A stretch of 64,000 bases of DNA from Candidatus Hodarchaeota archaeon (GCA_048886685.1 JBHLKM010000012.1:17576-81575); one strand, 5' to 3'; counted from the first letter of the stretch, positions 10,387-21,257 are shown. Made by a program: numbers and translations. The notes: generated by a model not told the origin, from the letters alone.

Positions 10387-10593
10387 ATGAGTATTGACCA
10401 GCTTGAAGAACAGAAAGAAGAATTATTGGACAAAATAGAAGCCCTTGAAGAAAAATGCGATACTTTAGAGCTGTGTGAGGAGCCTGATGGTTGTGAAAAA
10501 TGCGAGAATTATGCGGAAATAGAATCACTTTCTGCTAAGGTGGAAGAAATAGAAGATAAAATCGAGGAATTAATGGGAGAAGATGAAGAATAA
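10387..10593 (+). CDS. small acidic coiled-coil protein with four central Cys
   Basis: 68 aa, very Glu/Asp rich, CDTLELCEEPDGCEKC between two heptad helices. Confidence 0.75.
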   Translation: MSIDQLEEQKEELLDKIEALEEKCDTLELCEEPDGCEKCENYAEIESLSAKVEEIEDKIEELMGEDEE

Positions 10594-10680
10594 GTAGATA
10601 ATATCAAAAAAAATTAGTAAAAATTATATTTTCATTTCTTTTCTTATTTATTGTTTTCTTTTTCTAAAAAAATAGGTTTT

Positions 10681-11982
10681 TTATAGGTTTTTGAATAATC
10701 TTCTTAACCCGCGGGACATGATCAGTTGCTGGACTTGTTTTGTGCCTCCTACTACTTCTAATATCCGTGATACACCAACATAATCATGCATCAAGGTATT
10801 ATCGCATACACCTGCACCACCCATCAAATTAGCAGTTTCAAAACATACTTCCTTTGCCAAAGAAGCACAGTTGTATTTATATTGACTTGCTGAAGAAACC
10901 ATAGATTGGGATATATGATCTGGCAATTGACCCTTATATTTTTCATTTTTTGCATCATAGGTTTCTGCAAACTTTAAAACTCCATGAGTCATTCCAGTTG
11001 TTCTAGCCCATAAATCTGCTAATGAAAATCCAACTCCTTGAAAAAGTAGTATCTCTTTATCAAATTGCCTTCGCATATTAGCATAAATCACTGCGTGGGC
11101 TAGTGCTCCCCAGCAAGCACTAATACATCTTACTGCTATTGCTATTCTTTCAGGAATCAATCCTTCAAAAAGATGTTCTCTTCCTTTCCCAATCCCTCCT
11201 AAAACGTATTCTTTTGGAATTTTTAGATCCTGAAGATACTCTTTTCCTATAAACAATTTAGGTGTCCAAGGAATGTTAACTCGCTCACAGGTCCATCCGG
11301 TCCAAGACGTATTAATTAAAAACTGGGCCATTAAATTTCCTTGGTTTTGTTCAGCAGTAGCATAGGAAACAGCCCATTTCGCCTTTGGAGCATTTGTATT
11401 AAAGATTTTAGTACCGTTGAGAATAAAAGAACCGTCTTCTTGCGCTTCACATGTGGTTAGCTGGTGTACAGCGTCAGAACCTCTTTCCGGTTCTGTAATT
11501 AATAAACATCCTACTTCTTGACCTGTGACAAGTTCCTTCAGAGCCTCTAATCTCACTGGAATATTTTCATGATGGGCATAAATAGGATTAAGACAAATAA
11601 CAGTCGCACCAGTACTCATCGCAAATTGAGGATCAAAATTATCCAAACCAAGGATTCGCATAAATTCTATTGCCATTCCATAATCTTCATAATTTAAATC
11701 TATACACTCATAAGGAGTTTGACGGGTTATGTATCCTTCTTTGCCAAAATCAGGAACCCAATCATAAATATCCTCATCGGGTCCATGTGTTATTTTATTT
11801 ATGGCTTCATACTCCAGACAGAATTTTTGAACTTGTTCAAGAAAGCGAAATTGCTGATTGGATAAAATTACTCTTAGGTTATCCTTCACAAACTTATATC
11901 TGTTTTCAAGGCTCAATTTTTCTAAAATCTCGTCGTTTATTACTTGAGTTTCAAATCGCTTGATTTCATTCATTTCAATCAA
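10681..11982 (-). CDS. acyl-CoA dehydrogenase
   Basis: ITEPERGSD, LNGTKIFNTNA, RRQF, MGGAG. Confidence 0.93.
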   Translation of the reverse strand: MIEMNEIKRFETQVINDEILEKLSLENRYKFVKDNLRVILSNQQFRFLEQVQKFCLEYEAINKITHGPDEDIYDWVPDFGKEGYITRQTPYECIDLNYEDYGMAIEFMRILGLDNFDPQFAMSTGATVICLNPIYAHHENIPVRLEALKELVTGQEVGCLLITEPERGSDAVHQLTTCEAQEDGSFILNGTKIFNTNAPKAKWAVSYATAEQNQGNLMAQFLINTSWTGWTCERVNIPWTPKLFIGKEYLQDLKIPKEYVLGGIGKGREHLFEGLIPERIAIAVRCISACWGALAHAVIYANMRRQFDKEILLFQGVGFSLADLWARTTGMTHGVLKFAETYDAKNEKYKGQLPDHISQSMVSSASQYKYNCASLAKEVCFETANLMGGAGVCDNTLMHDYVGVSRILEVVGGTKQVQQLIMSRGLRRLFKNL

Positions 11983-12030
11983 TTATTCAGAGTTCTATTT
12001 TTTATAATGTTAATTTGAATTATTTATTTC

Positions 12031-14274
12031 TTATTTTGGAACTAATTTAAAATTACCCTCCAAGTTCTTTAGGATTTTATCTCTCGTAAATAACAAAGGA
12101 ATGTATTTTCCTTTTACCCATAATTTCATTAAATCATTATAATGCTTATGGAAAGGTAATCCTACTTGTCCTCCAGGAATTATTCCTATAGATTTATCCC
12201 AATCAGATAAATCGTGAATTTGGCGATATGATGGTCCTACAATAACTTCAAAATCATTAAGTGGATCATAAAACCCATTATTAAGCGTGTTACCATCTCC
12301 TCCAATTTTAAAAGGACCTATATTTAACATTTTAGCTTCTTCATTAGCTTGAGAGAATGGATGAGTGAGGGTCACTTTATGTAAATTTCCCCATTTCCAT
12401 TTAGTAAAATCTGAAGAGAATTTGTCTGTTAAGATCTCAATTGTTTTTTCAAATGCAGTAAATAAAGCTTGTTCAAGTTGATCAACTTTTTCATCATATA
12501 ATTTAAAAAGCCTTTGAAGTTCAAATGGATTTGATGTTAAATAAATATCGAAAAGTTCAATGCCGATTAAAGGAACTAGAATAGTTCTTAAGGTTTCTTG
12601 ATACCAAATTCTGTAAATCGTACCAGCGACACTATTTTTTGTTAAAAAATAATCCCAATTTTCTAATAGCGAAATAAGTTCCTTATGTTTCTCTGTATGT
12701 ATTTTGGTTTTTACATATTTCAACATAGTAGGAAGCAATTCTTGAGCTTCTTCTGTAAAAAGATCGAGTTGGTAATTTTTAAAATCCTGGATTGAGAATC
12801 TTTCTTTTGACTGGAGTAAGCTTTTAATTCTCATTTGACGGTAGGGTTTGGCTCGATCCTGTGCTATTAATACACCATTAGCAGCTTTGTTTTCGTTATA
12901 GTTTGCTGTGTAAACGAATCCATGCTCGGGATTAAATATTGAAAACATTTTTTCAAAAGGTACTAATCCTCTCCATTCATATTTCTCATCTGTACCAGGA
13001 GTCACGGTAGCTCCATCCCCATATTTTCGTAAGGGGAGTGCTCCTCCATGCTGGTGTCCAATGTTACCATCTATATCACCATATAAAAAATTTTGGGGTG
13101 TTATTGTCATTTTACTCATAGCTTCCCGAAATTCACTCCAATTAGAAGCAACATTTATCATTCTAAAACCCTCTATAGTTTCTTCCAGATTTACTTTATA
13201 ACTCGTCCAGCATAAAGCATATTTTTCTGAAAGTTTAATTTTGTAGACTTTTGTTTGGAGTTCAATATATTCGACAACTGGGCCAAATCTGGAAAGTTTC
13301 ACCTTAAAATCAATAGGTTGGTTGCCATCTTGAACTTTAATAGGTTCATCAATAACTTCAAAATCGACCCATTTCCCACTATATTTGTATTGATTTTCAT
13401 TCTCAGGATTTATTTCAAGTTTAAAAAGATCAACATTATCCGATGTTACTGTTGTTGCTCCCCACGCAATATTTTCATTATGTCCTAACACTACACTAGG
13501 TACTCCAGGGAACGAAGAACCAATAGCATTTAAATCCGGACAGCTTAAATGCATAAGGATCCAAATCGCAGGAAGAGAGAGTGGTAAATGTGGATCATTT
13601 GCGAATAATACTGCTCCCGATTCTGATTTTTGTGGGCTAACAACCCAACCATTACTACCTTTTGCGTTTTCTACTTTTGCACCAGAATAAAGAGGAATAA
13701 TTTTATCTGTCATCTCAGGACCCAAATCCATAATCAATTGTTCACGTAATAACTCTAAAGTATAACTCCAGCCTCCTAATCCCCACTCTATAAAGCTCAT
13801 AATTCTAAGGGAATCTTCTAAGGTCCATTCTTGAAGTTTAATATTTAAAATAGTAAACTCGATAGGCGGATTTTGAATCACTTTTTCAATACCAGCATTC
13901 ACTCCTCTAACATATGAATTTAAACCTTGCAAAATTTCATTATTAGGGTCTTTCCTCAGATTTGCTGCACATTTTTTCGCAATTCGATGCAAACCTATTA
14001 TTCTATAATGCTTATCTCTATCTACTGTAGCTTCTCCAACGATTTCTGATAGTGTTCCTGAAGTAATTCTCCTAAAGAACTCTAGTTGCCACAATCTATG
14101 ACTTGCATGTATATATCCTTGAGTAAAATATGCATCATCAACCGAGTTTGCATAGATATGCGGGATACCCCATTTATCCCACAAAATTTCAACCTCATCC
14201 TGAATTCCCTTTAGTTTTTCTGAGCCAGATATGGATGGATACGATTTTTTTACAATGTTAAGTAATTCTTCCAT
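12031..14274 (-). CDS. penicillin acylase family (S45) Ntn hydrolase, no signal peptide
   Basis: WDKWGIPHIYA, GSNGW nucleophile, ANDPHL, GPSYR, PGGQ. Confidence 0.92.
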   Translation of the reverse strand: MEELLNIVKKSYPSISGSEKLKGIQDEVEILWDKWGIPHIYANSVDDAYFTQGYIHASHRLWQLEFFRRITSGTLSEIVGEATVDRDKHYRIIGLHRIAKKCAANLRKDPNNEILQGLNSYVRGVNAGIEKVIQNPPIEFTILNIKLQEWTLEDSLRIMSFIEWGLGGWSYTLELLREQLIMDLGPEMTDKIIPLYSGAKVENAKGSNGWVVSPQKSESGAVLFANDPHLPLSLPAIWILMHLSCPDLNAIGSSFPGVPSVVLGHNENIAWGATTVTSDNVDLFKLEINPENENQYKYSGKWVDFEVIDEPIKVQDGNQPIDFKVKLSRFGPVVEYIELQTKVYKIKLSEKYALCWTSYKVNLEETIEGFRMINVASNWSEFREAMSKMTITPQNFLYGDIDGNIGHQHGGALPLRKYGDGATVTPGTDEKYEWRGLVPFEKMFSIFNPEHGFVYTANYNENKAANGVLIAQDRAKPYRQMRIKSLLQSKERFSIQDFKNYQLDLFTEEAQELLPTMLKYVKTKIHTEKHKELISLLENWDYFLTKNSVAGTIYRIWYQETLRTILVPLIGIELFDIYLTSNPFELQRLFKLYDEKVDQLEQALFTAFEKTIEILTDKFSSDFTKWKWGNLHKVTLTHPFSQANEEAKMLNIGPFKIGGDGNTLNNGFYDPLNDFEVIVGPSYRQIHDLSDWDKSIGIIPGGQVGLPFHKHYNDLMKLWVKGKYIPLLFTRDKILKNLEGNFKLVPK

Positions 14275-14429
14275 CCTAAATCACATTTAATATTAATATT
14301 ACTAAATTACTTTCTAAAAAGGTACAATGAATTAAAAGGAGATTCAAATAATTTTTTTTAAAATTAGATTTTTAAGTATAATTAATACATTAAGGTAAGA
14401 ACCATTATATCATCAATAAAAACACTAAC

Positions 14430-16394
14430 CTACGCTATAACCGGGATACTTTTATCTATAAAGATTTTAGTTACCAAAAGCTCAAGAGAAGGGATATCCT
14501 TTATTTGAATTTCTTTGCTCAAACGGTCATAATCCCTAAAAGTCTGCCAAGTATCCTTATCATCTTGTAATTGCTCAATAAAATATCTAATCCTTTGTTG
14601 AGCAACATAAGATTGCCCCTTATATACGTAACACATTAAAAAAGGTGAAATCGAATTCATAAGGAGTGTATGTTCACCGAAAGTAGCACGATCAAGCCCT
14701 TCAGAGAATTTTTCATTAATAAATGAATTAATAGCGCTAAAAAAACCTCCAAAAAGGTAATCTTCAAAAGTATGGTCCCTTTTAAATGATTGAGAGAATA
14801 TCGGTGTCCCACCCTCTGAAACTATTAAAAGAAAGACTGGTTCTTCATTTAAAAGCACAGGAACTTCAACAGATCGTCTTCGGACTATATTATCCATCTG
14901 CTCATTTAATCGAGCAAATTCCATACGTTCCTTTAATGATGAAGTTGATTCTTTTAAGTTTTCCCACATATTTAATTGTTTAAGAAGTTGATCATGTTCA
15001 TTAGAAATTTTCATAGCTAACAATTTAATTCCATATCTTTCAGCAATCCGCTGGCCTTGAGTCAATAATCGTCGAGCTTCATTCAAATCCAATGATAATA
15101 AAGCTAATTTAGCTAATAAGAGGTAAGTTTCTCCCATAATCCAGTACGAATGCGATTTTTCAGAAAGTTCTAACAATTGACCGAGGAATTGGTTTAACTC
15201 ATCCAATACACCTAAGTCATTAGTCATACGTAACTCAGTTAGGAGCATTTCACATAAATTAATTAATGCCGTATAGGTTTCATCATGAGTTAAATTCTCA
15301 TTTTCAAGGAGTTGGATTAATATTTCTTTAGCTTTACCTCGATCGCGAGCTTTAAGACTAACTTTCAATAATAGAGCTTTATCAAGAAGATACATTATAT
15401 CCATTTGCTTATCTTTTAATTGGGTATTCAATCGCTCCAAATCGTTAAGAGTTTGTCGTGCTCGTTCAAGATCTCCCCTTTCAATTAATATTTGAATTAA
15501 AAAGTCGTGGTTATTAGCTAGGGATCTTAAGGATCCTAACTCACGATTTAGTTCCATAGCTAATTCCATACAGTCTAACGCACGATCCAAATCTCCGTTC
15601 ATACTATAATCGAAAGATAAATTATTAAGAATGTCTGTCATACCATATTTATTGTTGAGTTCCTTGAAAAGTTCTAAACCTTGCTCATTAGTTTCTATAC
15701 AACGATCTAATTCTCCTAAAGAAGCATATATAAGCGCCATAACGTGAGAATTAGATGCGATGTAATATTTTTTTCGACTTTCTCTAGCAAAAGATGCACT
15801 TCGCTCGGAATATTTTAAGGCACGATCCATTTCACCTTTATAAATCAATAGATTCCATGCTATCTGATCAAGGGATTCGGCAATTTCATGCTGAATCCCC
15901 AATTCTTCTCGCATTACTAAGCTGTGTCCCAAATGTTTTAATGCCAGATCTGCATCATTTTGATCTCTTCTTCTATTGTAATAATATCCTTTTATAAAAG
16001 CTAAATAAGCCTTTCTTTGCTTGTAGGCTTTTGTTAATTCTTGTGAAAATGATTCAATCAGTTCTTCTCCTTGCTTAATCAAATCAACAGCTTTGTCAAA
16101 TCTATCAAGTTTTACTAATGTATATGCCATTATAAGTAAGTTGTCGACTATAAAGAGATTACTCTCCCTTCCTCTGCTTTCTTTATCCATTTTTTCAGCA
16201 CGCTTAATAAGCTCTTTAAGCTTACCCTGCCAAAAAAGAATTTGACATTGAAGTAGATGGCAGGATGCTTTATCATGATGATTAAGCCCTTCCTTCTGCG
16301 CGTAATTATTCAAGAATGTTAGAGCTTCATCGAGTTTACCTTCATCAATGAGATTTTCTGCTCGAATTAATTCCTTAGCTTCTAATTTAGTCAT
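14430..16394 (-). CDS. TPR-repeat protein with C-terminal longin-like domain
   Basis: Multiple TPR-like helices; C-terminus LLIVSEGGTPIFS...LFGGFFSAINSF. Confidence 0.8.
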   Translation of the reverse strand: MTKLEAKELIRAENLIDEGKLDEALTFLNNYAQKEGLNHHDKASCHLLQCQILFWQGKLKELIKRAEKMDKESRGRESNLFIVDNLLIMAYTLVKLDRFDKAVDLIKQGEELIESFSQELTKAYKQRKAYLAFIKGYYYNRRRDQNDADLALKHLGHSLVMREELGIQHEIAESLDQIAWNLLIYKGEMDRALKYSERSASFARESRKKYYIASNSHVMALIYASLGELDRCIETNEQGLELFKELNNKYGMTDILNNLSFDYSMNGDLDRALDCMELAMELNRELGSLRSLANNHDFLIQILIERGDLERARQTLNDLERLNTQLKDKQMDIMYLLDKALLLKVSLKARDRGKAKEILIQLLENENLTHDETYTALINLCEMLLTELRMTNDLGVLDELNQFLGQLLELSEKSHSYWIMGETYLLLAKLALLSLDLNEARRLLTQGQRIAERYGIKLLAMKISNEHDQLLKQLNMWENLKESTSSLKERMEFARLNEQMDNIVRRRSVEVPVLLNEEPVFLLIVSEGGTPIFSQSFKRDHTFEDYLFGGFFSAINSFINEKFSEGLDRATFGEHTLLMNSISPFLMCYVYKGQSYVAQQRIRYFIEQLQDDKDTWQTFRDYDRLSKEIQIKDIPSLELLVTKIFIDKSIPVIA

Positions 16395-16528
16395 ATATTT
16401 TTCCAGAAACTATATATTTAAAAACTTGGATTATAACTTTTTAAATACTATTACTGAAATAAGCTAATTATAGTTTTAAATGTAATTAAAAAAAATCAAA
16501 TATCTAGCGATTTAACCTTTTAAGGTTA

Positions 16529-17323
16529 TCACTTCCTCCCTATCATTTGTATATGACCACTTAAACCAATAATAGAAGGATCTTTGTTGAATGTTATTTC
16601 AAGTTCAAATATTTTATTATAAAACTTCTCATCAGATAATAACTCATTTAATTTTTCCCTTTGTATGAATCTACTAAAGACTAATTTGCCAATAACTTCA
16701 ATTACTACTAATCCAGTCTTTTCAAACATATCTTTAAGTTCTTTAATTGTAAAATTATACTGAGGGAATCCTCCTGGAAACTCAGATAGATGATTTTCTA
16801 AATATGGCTTGATTTTTTCAAAATCATTATTTACTATTAGCCGAACGAGTTGAGAGTAGAAACTATCAATTGAAATACTTACATAAGCGCCTGCTTTTGC
16901 AACTCTATATAATTCCTCAATTGCCTTTTGTGGATTGCCACAATATCCAACAGGATCTCCTTGAGCTAATACCATATCAAACGAGTCATTCTCAAAACAG
17001 TTCATATCTGTAATATCAGCATATCTAAACTCAATATTCTTTTCAAGATTTTCCTTTTCAGCTAGTTTTAAACCAACATCTAACATCCTTTGGGCTACAT
17101 CAGAACATACAACATAAAAATTTTGTTTTGCTAATTTACGAGACCAATAGCCTGTTCCACCCCCAGCATCAAGAATTCTAGCATCCTTCTTTTTAGGGAG
17201 ATATTTTTTAATATTATGCCAAGTTACATCAAAATATAATCGCCAATAAGGCTCTGAATATGATGCTTCATACTCTTCGGCAATTTTGTTATGATAAATA
17301 GTAGATTTCGTTTTTTTTCCCAT
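16529..17323 (-). CDS. class I SAM-dependent methyltransferase
   Basis: ILDAGGGTG, SD, ADI, SFDMV. Confidence 0.9.
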   Translation of the reverse strand: MGKKTKSTIYHNKIAEEYEASYSEPYWRLYFDVTWHNIKKYLPKKKDARILDAGGGTGYWSRKLAKQNFYVVCSDVAQRMLDVGLKLAEKENLEKNIEFRYADITDMNCFENDSFDMVLAQGDPVGYCGNPQKAIEELYRVAKAGAYVSISIDSFYSQLVRLIVNNDFEKIKPYLENHLSEFPGGFPQYNFTIKELKDMFEKTGLVVIEVIGKLVFSRFIQREKLNELLSDEKFYNKIFELEITFNKDPSIIGLSGHIQMIGRK

Positions 17324-17513
17324 ATTATCACCACTTTATGAATTTGAAAAGATTCACGATAATAAAAGTATAACTTAGTTTTATAAGCACCCCCATTTCT
17401 GGAAATTTTACTCGAATTACATCTCTAATTCATTCATAAATAGATTTACATTCTTGAGTAATAGCTCAATTCCATTCTAAAAGTTAAAATAAAAAAAAAA
17501 GAAAATAAGTACT

Positions 17514-18797
17514 TTAAAGCATTTTAAATAGTTGTCTCATGGCCATTGACATCACATATTGTTGGATTTGTCTCGAACCACCAACTATTTCCTGAATTCT
17601 TGAAATGTTTACATAATCATGCATCATTGTATTGTCACTTAACCCAGCACCACCCATCAAATTAGCAGCTTCATAACAAACTTCCTTTGAAAGATTTGTA
17701 CAATGATATTTGAATTGGCTTGCTGATGCAACCATCGCTCTACTAATATTACCAGGTATTTCTCCCCCAAATTTCTCCATCTTATTATCATATTCTTCAC
17801 AGAATTTTAATATGCCTAGAGTAAGGTTGGTAGTTCTAGCCCATAAATCGGTTAATAAAAAACCTACACCTTGAAATTTTAAAATTTCTTGATCGAATTG
17901 CTTTCTCATATTTGCATAGATTGACGCATGAGATACAGCTCCCCAACATTGGGCTATAGCTCCACATGCAATCCCTATTCGTTCAGGAACTAATCCTTCA
18001 AAGAGATATTCTCTCCCTTTACCTATTCCTCCTAAGACGTATTCTTTTGGTACTCTCAAATTTTCAAAGTGTTCGTGTCCTAGGTAAAGCTTTGGTACCC
18101 AAGGAATGTTAACCCGCTCGCAACTCCATCCAGGCCAAGATGTATTGATTAAAAATTGGGCCATGAGGTTTCCATTGTTTTTTTCAGCTGTAGCATATGC
18201 AACCGCCCATTTGGCTTTCGGCGCATTGGTGTTATAAACCTTCTCACCATTGAGAATAAAACTTCCATCTTCTTGTTGATCACATACACTTAATTGATGT
18301 ACGGCATCTGAACCTCTCTCAGGTTCAGTTATGCATATACATCCAGAAGCCTGACCCGTTACTAAATCTTCCAACGCTTCAAGCCTTTCTGGAACGTTTT
18401 CATGGTGTTCGAATATTGGGTTTATAGCTAAAACTGTAGCACCACTCCCCATCGCAAATTGTGTATCAAATATATCAATTGCTAAATATCTGAGAAAATC
18501 AGCCGTCAAACCATAATAATCATAATTTATATCAACCATCTCAAAGTTATGGGCTCTTGTTATATATCCTTCTGCCCCGAATGCTGGAATCCAATCATAC
18601 ACATCTTCTTCCGGGCCATGAGTAATATTATTCTTCTTTTCGAACCTCAAGCAAAATTTCTGAACTTTTTTAAGGAATGAGAACTGTTCTGGTGATAAAA
18701 TAGCCATTAAATTGTTATTTACAAAATTATATCGATTCTTTAAGCTAAGCTTTTCTAATATTTCGTCATTAATAACTTGGTCCATATATTTAGACAT
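17514..18797 (-). CDS. acyl-CoA dehydrogenase, paralog of 10681-11982
   Basis: ITEPERGSD, LNGEKVYNTNA, RKQF, MGGAG. Confidence 0.93.
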   Translation of the reverse strand: MSKYMDQVINDEILEKLSLKNRYNFVNNNLMAILSPEQFSFLKKVQKFCLRFEKKNNITHGPEEDVYDWIPAFGAEGYITRAHNFEMVDINYDYYGLTADFLRYLAIDIFDTQFAMGSGATVLAINPIFEHHENVPERLEALEDLVTGQASGCICITEPERGSDAVHQLSVCDQQEDGSFILNGEKVYNTNAPKAKWAVAYATAEKNNGNLMAQFLINTSWPGWSCERVNIPWVPKLYLGHEHFENLRVPKEYVLGGIGKGREYLFEGLVPERIGIACGAIAQCWGAVSHASIYANMRKQFDQEILKFQGVGFLLTDLWARTTNLTLGILKFCEEYDNKMEKFGGEIPGNISRAMVASASQFKYHCTNLSKEVCYEAANLMGGAGLSDNTMMHDYVNISRIQEIVGGSRQIQQYVMSMAMRQLFKML

Positions 18798-19125
18798 AAA
18801 TTAAACCCTTAATTAATTAAATTAAGACATATCAATTTTTATAAATCATAATTTTATTAATGAAATAAGTTCTTCACTAGTGAAAAAAGTCCATTACTTT
18901 TTAATTTTCGTTAATAATATGATAACAAAAGTTAATATTTTTGGGATAATTACTTCCAAGACTAAGCGTCTTCAGTTCTTTTAGCATATTCAGACTCTCA
19001 ATATCATAAATTTTATTCCCATCAAGATGAAATTCAAAAATTATATATTTCCATATTTTTATTATGAATTAAAAGGGATTGAGAAAAAAGCCTTTTATGA
19101 ATATGATATTAAAAATGAGGTAAAA

Positions 19126-19530
19126 ATGGTAGTTTTATGTAAAAGATGTGGGAGAGTTTTAAAATCAACAAAGAGTATAAAATTAGGTTATGGACCCACT
19201 TGTTATAGAATAAGTAAATTTCATGATAATGCTATTAATATTAACATAGAAGAAGAAATCAAATTCTTAAAAATAGAAATAAAAATGTTAAAAAAAATAA
19301 TAAGAGATATAAAAGCTAATAATTTTACATCCAATCAATCTATTCCAATACTAAGGATTAAAAAAGAGCATAGCAACTTAGAAAAAAATAGAAACAAAAG
19401 CCAAATGATTGAAGTAATTCAAGAATTAAAAAATTTATTTCAAAATTGTAATGGAGATATAAAAAACTTACTAAAACCAACCCAAATTGAAACATCTCTT
19501 ATTAAAAAATCCCAATTAGCTATACTTTAG
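19126..19530 (+). CDS. DUF6011-like Zn-binding domain plus coiled coil
   Basis: CKRCGRVL...SIKLGYGPTC; SD GAGGT before ATG 19126 (the ORF track starts at 19027). Confidence 0.65.
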   Translation: MVVLCKRCGRVLKSTKSIKLGYGPTCYRISKFHDNAININIEEEIKFLKIEIKMLKKIIRDIKANNFTSNQSIPILRIKKEHSNLEKNRNKSQMIEVIQELKNLFQNCNGDIKNLLKPTQIETSLIKKSQLAIL

Positions 19531-19659
19531 TACTCATATAATTAAATCTTTTTATTTTTATCTTTTTTTTTTAACTGAAATCTGAATAAAAAATTACTTG
19601 ATGAAGGAATAGACTAAAATATTTATGAACAAGAGATCAAAATTAGGTAAATATCTGGC

Positions 19660-19905
19660 TTATTTTAGCATTTTTGTGTGATTACCAACAAATTGATCAT
19701 AGAGAAAAATTGATATATCATGATCTTCAACGATAACGGGAATATTTGAATTTTCATTTACCTTTTTATCGATTATTAAGTACTTTCGTAAAAATTCTAA
19801 TATAAATTCATTTTCAAATTCCAAAAAATTTAACCTCCTTTTTAGATCAGCTACTTCTGCTTTTGGATAAAACCACTTTTTTCTTCTCTTCCTTAAACTT
19901 AGCAT
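19660..19905 (-). CDS. small hypothetical protein
   Basis: 81 aa, purine-rich SD-like upstream sequence, short coiled coil. Confidence 0.5.
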   Translation of the reverse strand: MLSLRKRRKKWFYPKAEVADLKRRLNFLEFENEFILEFLRKYLIIDKKVNENSNIPVIVEDHDISIFLYDQFVGNHTKMLK

Positions 19906-20280
19906 ACTTTCTCTCCCTAAATTTATTATTGAAATTTAATAGAAGTATATCGATATTTCGATATTTGTTGATAATATAATTTACTTTATTGTAAAATTAT
20001 CATACAATATATATTATAAAGGTTAACTTTTTCTTCAACTATTTATAAGCTTGATAAATAAATTTGTTATAAAACTTGAAAAACCTATACAAAATTCAAT
20101 TTTAACTTGAAATTATGCTAAATTGGTACCAAAAGTTATGATTCTACTAATAGTTTTAATCCAACAACTGTTAGATATGTCATTCCAGAGAAGGGATTTT
20201 ATCTATTAATTGCGTCAGCCCAGATAGGTATGCCTGCCTCTAGCCTAGGAGGTTTCTATATATATTCTTATTCAGCAAAT

Positions 20281-21033
20281 TCAACAGATTAGCTTCTGTA
20301 ATCTATTTGAAAACCGTTTTGAGATTATAAGAGCAGTTTCAAACGGACAATTACTCTTAAATAAAATAACAGAGATAAAATGCTTATCGATCCCTATTAA
20401 TGAAAGCACTCCAAATTTTTCTAGAGAGATAAGCTCATTTACTCTATAATTTCCAGAAAGAAACCTACCTTCTAAGAGTCTAACTATTTCTTGAAGTATG
20501 TCTTGTTCTAAATTAGATACAATTACCCTTCCTGTTTGAGTTAATAATGCGGAAGAGACAACAAAAGATGAAAATGTATGCAATTCATTAAAGATATTCA
20601 TTAAATCGTTCTTAATATCATCTGAAACCAATTGATTTCCATTTTCCATAATATTAGTAATATTCTTTTCGAAATCTAAAAATTTAGAGATTTCACCATT
20701 ATAATTTTCGGTCAATAAATCTAAATCAAATTTGTTGAGGAATTGATTTTTTATTTCTCGTAATTGGTTCCTAAGTTCAACTAAATTGTCAGTTCTATCA
20801 CTAAATAAGGCAAAGAGGAGTTCATCTTGCTTTATTTTTTCTATTTCGAAAATAAATCGAAAAAGACCTACCTCTATTTCAGATAATTCTTCAGTCTTTA
20901 GGGTTTGTTTTACAAATGAAAAAATCGCACTCAGAAAACTGCTAGTTAATTTTACATTGAAAACATCTTCGTAAGCCTTATAAAAGATTAATTCACCAGT
21001 GTTCCCTTTCATTATAAAGATGTTTTTGATCAT
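20281..21033 (-). CDS. longin plus roadblock/profilin-like two-domain protein
   Basis: N-terminus IFIMKGNTGELIF...SSFLSAIFSF (longin); C-terminus SSALLTQTGRVIVS (roadblock-like). Confidence 0.72.
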   Translation of the reverse strand: MIKNIFIMKGNTGELIFYKAYEDVFNVKLTSSFLSAIFSFVKQTLKTEELSEIEVGLFRFIFEIEKIKQDELLFALFSDRTDNLVELRNQLREIKNQFLNKFDLDLLTENYNGEISKFLDFEKNITNIMENGNQLVSDDIKNDLMNIFNELHTFSSFVVSSALLTQTGRVIVSNLEQDILQEIVRLLEGRFLSGNYRVNELISLEKFGVLSLIGIDKHFISVILFKSNCPFETALIISKRFSNRLQKLIC

Positions 21034-21257
21034 ATAACTCGATGATAAATTAATGAAATACCCTTAATATTTTTGTAATAAAAGTTAAGATATAAAAATC
21101 CTCTTATTAATCAGTTTCTTAAGGTAAACGCAACGCACATTTGTAAAAATGCTTATTAAATCGTATAACAATAATCGAGGAAGATTTATTAATTGAATTT
21201 TAGACTAAATTTGTAATTCCTTTTATTGTTTATTTCCAAATTTAGAATGTCTCAACA

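Noticed and set aside
20245-20290. Selenocysteine read-through (TGT TGA ATT TGC TGA) at the end of the longin-roadblock gene
   Set aside because: No convincing SECIS (AUGA/GA kink-turn stem) downstream, and the family is not a redox enzyme.
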